Shown here: positions 58,007-64,000 of the stretch, one piece after another
How positions within the stretch are numbered: the stretch's first letter is position 1
Layout of the letters: each line of letters opens with the position of its first letter
Assembly: GCA_918234285.1 (NCBI GenBank)
Contig: CAKJXZ020000030.1
Coordinates: 32,001 to 96,000, forward strand
Direction of reading: 5' to 3'
Source: Pseudomonadota bacterium
GTDB taxonomy: Bacteria > Pseudomonadota > Alphaproteobacteria > RF32 > CAG-239
Length of the DNA stretch: 64,000 bases
Notes under the pieces: generated by a model
What the model saw: only the letters and a program-made list of their open reading frames with translations
Told to the model about the DNA's origin: nothing
Database searches by the model: none
Made by a program: the position numbers and the translations under genes

Positions 58007-59197
58007 TTATTTTTTCTTGGCCGGCTTTTTGGCAGTTGCTTTTTTAGCCGGAGCTTTTTTGGTTGCGGCTTTCTTGGACGGAGCCTTCTTAGTAACCGTT
58101 TTCTTAGCTGCTGCAGCTTTTTTCGGAGCCGCTTTTTTAGCCGTAGGTTTCTTCGATGCTGCCTTTTTAGCTGCCGGCTTCTTGGCGGCTACGGTTTTCT
58201 TAGTCGCAACCTTTTTAGCCGGGGCCTTTTTGGTTGCGGCCTTTTTAGCTACCGGCTTCTTAGCTGCCGCAGCCTTTTTCGGAGCTGCTTTTTTTGCTGT
58301 TGTTTTTTTAGTTGTCGTCTTCTTTGCTACCGTCTTTTTAGCGGCTGCGGTTTTCTTTGCGGCTGCCTTTTTAGCGGTTGTTTTTTTGGCGGCGGTTGTC
58401 TTTTTAGCTGTCGTCTTCTTGGCTACCGGCTTTTTAGCGGCTGCCTTTTTAGCGGTTGCTTTCTTAGCTGTAGCTTTTTTGGCAGTCGCTTTTTTAGTTG
58501 CAGTCTTCTTGACGGTTGCCTTCTTTTTAGCCGCGGTCTTCTTCACCGCTGTCTTTTTGGAAGCTGTCTTTTTAGCCGCGGCGGTCTTCTTCGCAGTTGT
58601 CTTCTTAGCGACCTTTTTAGCCGTCTTCTTCTTGGCGGCCTTTTTCTTGGTAGCTTTCTTGGCGCTCGTCTTTTTCTGCGAAGCCAAACGTGCTTCTTCT
58701 AATTCTTTTTCGCTGAAAAATCCGAGATGAATTGCATTCTTCGGCTTCAAATCGGCAAATGCCGGATCCTTACTTTCTACACCAAAACGAATCTTTTTAA
58801 TGGTGGTATCGGTTGTTTGCAATAAGCGACGGATTTCCTTGTCCGCAACTTCCGGATAATTGACCATAACCCACAAAATTGCCGCTTGCTTTTCGCTACG
58901 CTGTGTCGGCGACAAAACCTTTTTAGCCTTAGCATTATGTTCACGCACATCGTTTTCCAGCTTGTTTGGCACCAAATCTGCGGCCGCATCAGCTTCGCAA
59001 CGATGAATTTCTTCCCATGAAAGCTGGCCGTTGTTTATCGGGCTCAAACCCTGAATATTCGAGGCAATATCGCCGTCGGCAATCGCCTGAATTTCCAATT
59101 CGTGAATTTCACAAAAATTTGCAATCTGACGGAAAGTCAGAGTTGTATTTTCAACCAGCCATACTGCCGTGGCTTTCGGCATTAAAGGAGCTGCCAT
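58007..59197 (-). CDS. DUF1013 (TrcR-like) protein fused to a ~225-aa histone H1/HC2-like Lys/Ala tail
   Basis: [24 protein letters not shown]; tail of KKxAA/KKTA/PAKK repeats. Confidence 0.9.
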   Translation of the reverse strand: MAAPLMPKATAVWLVENTTLTFRQIANFCEIHELEIQAIADGDIASNIQGLSPINNGQLSWEEIHRCEADAAADLVPNKLENDVREHNAKAKKVLSPTQRSEKQAAILWVMVNYPEVADKEIRRLLQTTDTTIKKIRFGVESKDPAFADLKPKNAIHLGFFSEKELEEARLASQKKTSAKKATKKKAAKKKTAKKVAKKTTAKKTAAAKKTASKKTAVKKTAAKKKATVKKTATKKATAKKATAKKATAKKAAAKKPVAKKTTAKKTTAAKKTTAKKAAAKKTAAAKKTVAKKTTTKKTTAKKAAPKKAAAAKKPVAKKAATKKAPAKKVATKKTVAAKKPAAKKAASKKPTAKKAAPKKAAAAKKTVTKKAPSKKAATKKAPAKKATAKKPAKKK

Positions 59198-59333
59198 ATT
59201 TTTATCCTTTCATAAAAAACTTCTACTGTATCTACAATAGACATGCAAATTATAATATACAAACATTTTTTTTATTTTATAAACGCAAAAAGCCCGCAAA
59301 ATTGCAGGCTCAAGCTTTTGTTTCAAACCGAGA

Positions 59334-59561
59334 TTAGTTTGATTTCAAACCGAAAGCGGCAAACTTGCTGTTGAATTTGCCGACCTGACCGCCGTTATCA
59401 ACAATACGGCGAACACCGGTCCACGCCGGATGCGACTTTGGGTCGATTTCCAGCTTCATGGTATCGCCGGCCTTACCCCAAGTCGATTTGGTCTTAACTT
59501 CCGTTCCGTCTGTCATCACATAAGTAATCTCGTGATAATCCGGATGAATTCCCTTTTTCAT
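59334..59561 (-). CDS. rpmE: 50S ribosomal protein L31 (Zn-free type)
   Basis: [23 protein letters not shown]. Confidence 0.96.
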   Translation of the reverse strand: MKKGIHPDYHEITYVMTDGTEVKTKSTWGKAGDTMKLEIDPKSHPAWTGVRRIVDNGGQVGKFNSKFAAFGLKSN

Positions 59562-59660
59562 TTTTCTCTCCACTTCAAATGCTTTACATAAGTTTTTACG
59601 CCTTTATACATTAAGCGATTTCAATATGCAAGCATTATTTTCACGATTTTTTAATTTTTT

Positions 59661-60449
59661 TCAGTTTTTCGCGATTGCCTCGGCAATTTTTTGCTTTAAG
59701 GCCTCATTGGTGGCAAAAATACTGCCGCCGAACAACGCCTTTTGCAGGTTTTCCGAGCGGGTATCGGTTTCACCCGCGGCAAAAATGTAACCGCCCGCCT
59801 CTTTAACCAACAAAGCGCCCGCGCTCAATGTGCAAAAATCGCTTTTTACCGCAATCGCCGCATCGGTTTTACCGGCCGCGACATAAGCCAAATCCAGCAC
59901 CGTTGTTCCGCTGATTCGCGGATTCGCGCTGACGGCCAATGCGCTTTTGACCGCGCGCTCATCAGCATTGGCCGCAACCAATGCCTTATCGGAATTTTTA
60001 GCGGCTGCCACACGCAAACGCTCGTGATTGCGAAAACCCTCTTTGAAGGCACCGCTGCCTTTTTCGGCGAAAAACAGCTCGTCGTTAATCGGGCTGTAAA
60101 CCACCGATGCCACGGCATTATTATCTTCAATCAGTGCCGCCGCCAAAGCAAACGCCGCGTTGCCGTGCGCAAAATTGGCAAAGCCGTCAATCGGGCACAC
60201 CGCAAAAAACTTACCGCTCGCCGGCAAGGCATCCTGCGCCGCAAAAACCACCGGATATCCGGCTTTCACTTTACTCAATTCTTCACGCAGGATCTTCTGC
60301 ACTTTTTCGTACGAGCGTTGCGCGAACGAATTGTCGGCATGCACCGAATTTTGCAAATGCTCCAATTCGTTAAAATCACGTCCCAAAGCCGCTGCCGCTT
60401 TTTTCACGGCACCAATCATCAGGTTCAATGTTGGGGAAATATAAGCCAT
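59661..60449 (-). CDS. suhB: Inositol monophosphatase family (SuhB-like), degenerate metal motifs
   Basis: RDFNELEHLQ, CPIDGFANFAHG, LDLAYVAAG; follows efp. Confidence 0.85.
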   Translation of the reverse strand: MAYISPTLNLMIGAVKKAAAALGRDFNELEHLQNSVHADNSFAQRSYEKVQKILREELSKVKAGYPVVFAAQDALPASGKFFAVCPIDGFANFAHGNAAFALAAALIEDNNAVASVVYSPINDELFFAEKGSGAFKEGFRNHERLRVAAAKNSDKALVAANADERAVKSALAVSANPRISGTTVLDLAYVAAGKTDAAIAVKSDFCTLSAGALLVKEAGGYIFAAGETDTRSENLQKALFGGSIFATNEALKQKIAEAIAKN

Positions 60450-61012
60450 TATTTTGCTCTTTCCACATAATTGGCTTCGGATGTGCCGACCACGATTTTA
60501 TCTCCCACGTTAATAAACGGCGGAACACCGATGCGAACACCGTTATCCAAAATTGCCGGTTTATATGACGAAGAAACAGTCTGACCTTTCAGCGCCGGTT
60601 CGGTTTCTACCACGGTGCAAACAACCTGCAACGGCAAATCAACCGAAATCGGACGACCGTCAATATAAGAAACGCGAACTTGCATACCGTCGGTCAAGAA
60701 CGGACGGGCATCGCCCAAAATATCGGCCGGCATCGAGAATTGCTCGAATGTATCGTTTTCCATAAAAGTCAAACCGGCAGAATCTTCAAACAAGAATTGG
60801 CAATCGCGGTCTTCAACCATCAGCTTTTCCACCGTATCTTCGGTACGGAAACGCTCGTTGGTTTTGGTGCCGGCTTCAACTTCTTTCATTTCTACCTGCA
60901 TAAACGCGCCGCCCTTACCCGGTTTAATGTGTACGGCCTTGGTAATGGTCCACGGTTTGCCCTTATATTCGATAACCCAGCCGATTCTGATGGCTCCTGC
61001 AAGTTGTTTCAT
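60449..61012 (-). CDS. efp: Elongation factor P
   Basis: KPGKGGAF, VPPFINVGD. Confidence 0.97.
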   Translation of the reverse strand: MKQLAGAIRIGWVIEYKGKPWTITKAVHIKPGKGGAFMQVEMKEVEAGTKTNERFRTEDTVEKLMVEDRDCQFLFEDSAGLTFMENDTFEQFSMPADILGDARPFLTDGMQVRVSYIDGRPISVDLPLQVVCTVVETEPALKGQTVSSSYKPAILDNGVRIGVPPFINVGDKIVVGTSEANYVERAK

Positions 61013-61105
61013 ATTAGTATCTCCTATTCACAATTTTAAAAATGATTGATTTATTTCAAGCGTTAAACGATTCGCTTTGATGAGCGCAACATAAAATATT
61101 TTTTT

Positions 61106-61630
61106 TTATTTGGCAAGCAGAATCGTATACTTCACGTCATCTAAAATAATAAAGTCGGCGTTGAGGGCGGAGAAGTCGCAATCATCTTCAATTTGCGCCG
61201 CGTTCTGAATCAAAAACAATTCGCCGTACCAATCGAGCAATTCCTTATTGGATTCGAAACCGTCTTTCCAAAACTTAAAAATCACAAAATCCGGCTCGCA
61301 TTCGCTGACAAGCATTGCTTCGTGACGCCGGTTGCGCGTCACTACCCCGAGCACCGCTTTTTGGGCTTTTTTCTGCACTTCTTTGATTGCTTTGGCCGGA
61401 TTCGCCTCTTTTGCGGTATTTAAAATCAGCCCGTCGGGATTATATTGCAAATAAAAATCGAGCGCTTTTTCGCCCTCGGCCAACACCAATTTGCCAGCTG
61501 CCTGTGCCCGTTTGATAAACTCTGCCGCAAACTCCGGCGAAGTTGTATCCGGCAAAATAAAACAGCCGATTTCGGCCCGATTTAACAGCTTAAAATTTTC
61601 TTGCGTAATTCTGACGATAAAGTTTTGCAT
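61106..61630 (-). CDS. ThiE-like TIM-barrel protein
   Basis: RRHEAM..E..PDFV.F, W..LF; upstream of efp as in Alphaproteobacteria. Confidence 0.6.
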   Translation of the reverse strand: MQNFIVRITQENFKLLNRAEIGCFILPDTTSPEFAAEFIKRAQAAGKLVLAEGEKALDFYLQYNPDGLILNTAKEANPAKAIKEVQKKAQKAVLGVVTRNRRHEAMLVSECEPDFVIFKFWKDGFESNKELLDWYGELFLIQNAAQIEDDCDFSALNADFIILDDVKYTILLAK

Positions 61631-61708
61631 TTTAAAAATCTTTGTGTTACCAATGTTAATATATGGTTAAATATACAACAATTTTGCAGAAAGGAAAGTG
61701 TTTTTATT

Positions 61709-62368
61709 ATGGTTATGGAAAATATGGAACAGAGCCGCAATTCTCTCATTCGTTTAAATAATATCATTGATGAACTGGCCGCAGCCGTCGCTCAGCAAAA
61801 GCAGCGCTATGCCCAAATGCTGGCAGAACAGAAAAATCAAAAAGATGCGGCCGAAGCCAGAGTTGCCGTTTTAGAAACACAAACCCAAGCTCTTGCCGAC
61901 GAAAAGGAAAAATTGCACGTTGAATTAATCGCGCTGCAAAACAACACCGAAGCCGCCGACAAGGTTAAAGAATTGCAAGCCGAGGCCGAAGCCCGCAACA
62001 ATAAAATGAACGGCTTACAAACCGAAATCCAGAATTTGAACACTGCTTTGAACAATCGCAAAACGCAAATTGAAGAATTGACCGCCCAAAATAACGAATT
62101 AAAACAGCAGTTTGCCGCCGCGCAAGGCCGTATTGCCGAACTGGAGAATGCCGCCGCTGCCGCAAACAATGCCGATGCACAAATTCAGGCGCGTTTAGAT
62201 GAAGCGTTAAAGCAGAAAGACGAATTAACGCAGAATTATCAACAGGCTGAACAAAAAATTGCCGAAATGCAACAAACCATAACTCAAACCACCGAAAACA
62301 TCGATGATGTTGTCGCCAGATTAGAAAAGGTATTGGAAGACCATGGGACAAGTGACAATAACAATTGA
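61709..62368 (+). CDS. Long coiled-coil protein upstream of zapA (ZapB/ZauP-like)
   Basis: Heptad A/E/Q/L pattern; overlaps the zapA start. Confidence 0.65.
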   Translation: MVMENMEQSRNSLIRLNNIIDELAAAVAQQKQRYAQMLAEQKNQKDAAEARVAVLETQTQALADEKEKLHVELIALQNNTEAADKVKELQAEAEARNNKMNGLQTEIQNLNTALNNRKTQIEELTAQNNELKQQFAAAQGRIAELENAAAAANNADAQIQARLDEALKQKDELTQNYQQAEQKIAEMQQTITQTTENIDDVVARLEKVLEDHGTSDNNN

Positions 62369-62660
62369 TAAGCGCGAATATGTGATTGCCTGCGGAGACG
62401 GTCAGGAAGCACATATTATGAAACTGTCGCGCATTTTGGATGAGAAAGCCAAGCAGCTCTCCGCCAATTCCGCCACCATTAACGAGAATATGAAACTGGC
62501 GATGGTCGGTTTGTTGTTAGCCGATGAACTCTCCGATATTACCGCCGGCAAAGCAGTCGAATTTGATTCCCCGGATAAAATTCGCCACGCCGATGCCGAG
62601 GCCGCTCAAGTCATCGATTCGCAAACGGCTAAAATTGCGCAAATTCTGCAAAATATCTGA
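62343..62660 (+). CDS. zapA: Cell division protein ZapA
   Basis: QVTITID.REY.IAC.DGQE, M.GLLLADEL. Confidence 0.9.
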   Translation: MGQVTITIDKREYVIACGDGQEAHIMKLSRILDEKAKQLSANSATINENMKLAMVGLLLADELSDITAGKAVEFDSPDKIRHADAEAAQVIDSQTAKIAQILQNI

Positions 62661-62740
62661 TTTGCGTCGTTTCGGCCACTTTTGTCCGTTTTTTTTGCTT
62701 GTAAAATCAAATGATTTATGTTACAGTAAAATCATAAATA

Positions 62741-62896
62741 GGAAGACTGTCTGACGCGTATTAACCGCATGTCTCTCGAGCCAACATTATCAATTCGGGA
62801 ACTGTCTCTGTCCGGATCGTGGTCCGGTTATATGGTGCCCACCTAGTAACAAGCGGTTCGGTCTGAATGTAAGAGCATACGGTCAGACGGTTTTCT
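62741..62896 (+). ncRNA. ssrS: 6S RNA
   Basis: Closing stem GAAGACTGTCTGAC/GTCAGACGGTTTTC; GGGAACTGT and ATGGTGCCCACCT blocks; directly after zapA. Confidence 0.85.
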
Positions 62897-62907
62897 CTTT
62901 TTAAATT

Positions 62908-63999
62908 CTACCCTTGTGCGCTCTCAAAATTAATCCGCGGATCAACCAGCGAATAAGTCAAATCGCTGATTAGTTTCAAAATCAATCCCAATAGTCCGAA
63001 AATATATAGCGTACCGAACACCACCGGATAGTCGCGGGTGGTAATGGCTTCATAACCGAGTAAACCCAAACCGTTGAGCGAGAAAATCACCTCAATCAAC
63101 AACGAGCCGGTAAACAGCATTTTAATCAAAAGCGACGGAAATCCGGCAATGATAATCAACATGGCGTTGCGGAAAACGTGGCCGTACAAAATCTTATTTT
63201 CCGGCACCCCTTTAGCCCGCGCCGTCAGCACATATTGCTTATTTATTTCATCCAAAAACGAGTTCTTGGTCAACATGGTCAAACCGGCAAAACCGCCGAT
63301 GACAATCGTCAGCACCGGCAACGTAATATGCCGAAAATAATCCAAAATTTTTGCGCCCAGGCTCAAGCTGTCCCAATTATCCGACACCAACCCGCGCAGC
63401 GGAAACCATTGCCAATAAACCCCGCCGGCGAAAAACACAATAAAAAACACCGCCAGCAAAAATACCGGCATTGCCGAGCCCACCACAATCATAAACGAGG
63501 TAATCATATCAAATTTGGATCCGTCCTTTTGTGCCTTGCGGATTCCCAGCGGAATGGCAATCAGATAAATAATCAGCGTTGACCACAACCCGAGCGAAAT
63601 TGATACCGGCAAACGTTCCTTAATCAGCTCGGTAATGGTTTTATCACGATAATAACTTTTGCCGAAATCAAAACACAGATAATCTTTAATCATCTTACCG
63701 TAACGATAATACCACGGCTTATCAAATCCGAACTGCTTCTCCAAAGCCTTAATCAAATCTTCCGGCACCCCTTGCGCCCCCACATATTTTGAAGATGAGG
63801 ATTCGGTCGAAGCACTGCTATTTACTTCCGCCGTGCCGGTAATCTGCGACTTTGCATCGGTATTCATCCCGCGATATTGCGCCAATACATAATCCACCGG
63901 GCCTCCCGGTGCCAGCTGGATAATGGCAAAGTTTACGGTAATAATGCCTAACAAAGTAAACGGAATCAGTAACAATCGTTTTAATATATAGCGGCGCAT
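62908..63999 (-). CDS. yejB: Microcin C/peptide ABC transporter permease
   Basis: [38 protein letters not shown]. Confidence 0.92.
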   Translation of the reverse strand: MRRYILKRLLLIPFTLLGIITVNFAIIQLAPGGPVDYVLAQYRGMNTDAKSQITGTAEVNSSASTESSSSKYVGAQGVPEDLIKALEKQFGFDKPWYYRYGKMIKDYLCFDFGKSYYRDKTITELIKERLPVSISLGLWSTLIIYLIAIPLGIRKAQKDGSKFDMITSFMIVVGSAMPVFLLAVFFIVFFAGGVYWQWFPLRGLVSDNWDSLSLGAKILDYFRHITLPVLTIVIGGFAGLTMLTKNSFLDEINKQYVLTARAKGVPENKILYGHVFRNAMLIIIAGFPSLLIKMLFTGSLLIEVIFSLNGLGLLGYEAITTRDYPVVFGTLYIFGLLGLILKLISDLTYSLVDPRINFESAQG

Positions 64000-64000
64000 C

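Noticed and set aside
57999-58730. 243-aa hydrophobic ORF on the + strand
   Set aside because: It is the antisense shadow of the Lys/Ala repeat tail.

Overview
This is a 64-kb chromosomal window from an alphaproteobacterium, judged from gene content and order (DUF1013/TrcR, ELM1-like, COG4223/Mic60, thiE-like-efp-suhB-rpmE, zapA-6S). The divergent proteins, orphan genes and GRSMIE-type pilin suggest an uncultured, reduced, host-associated lineage; this is inference. Most of the window is housekeeping: secA, an Mla/Pqi-type ABC operon, rng-maf-dksA, serS, nth, tsaD, rpoZ-spoT-acpS, recR-ybaB-dnaX, SRP RNA, rsmI, gmk, cysK, lptG, rpmE, efp, zapA, 6S RNA and yejB. The non-routine elements are: (1) a 7.6-kb AT-rich island in tRNA-Ser(CGA), bounded by a 17-bp att repeat, with two tyrosine recombinases, a small HUH Rep-like protein, a bistable hairpin and a tandem array of ~135-nt structured RNA-like cassettes; (2) two unlinked orphan secreted-protein genes, each with a sigma70 promoter, a long structured leader sharing an apparent RNA motif, AAG/GAG codon bias and a Gln+1 (Bacteroidota-style) signal peptide; (3) three tandem paralogues of an unrecognised family, plus other orphans with basic C-terminal tails; (4) a DUF1013 protein with a ~225-aa histone-like tail; (5) an ADP-dependent sugar kinase where heme genes usually lie; (6) an 86/87-bp tandem repeat at a synteny break; and (7) a fold-back copy of the tRNA 3' end. 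All calls come from reading the sequence by eye; no database searches were run.
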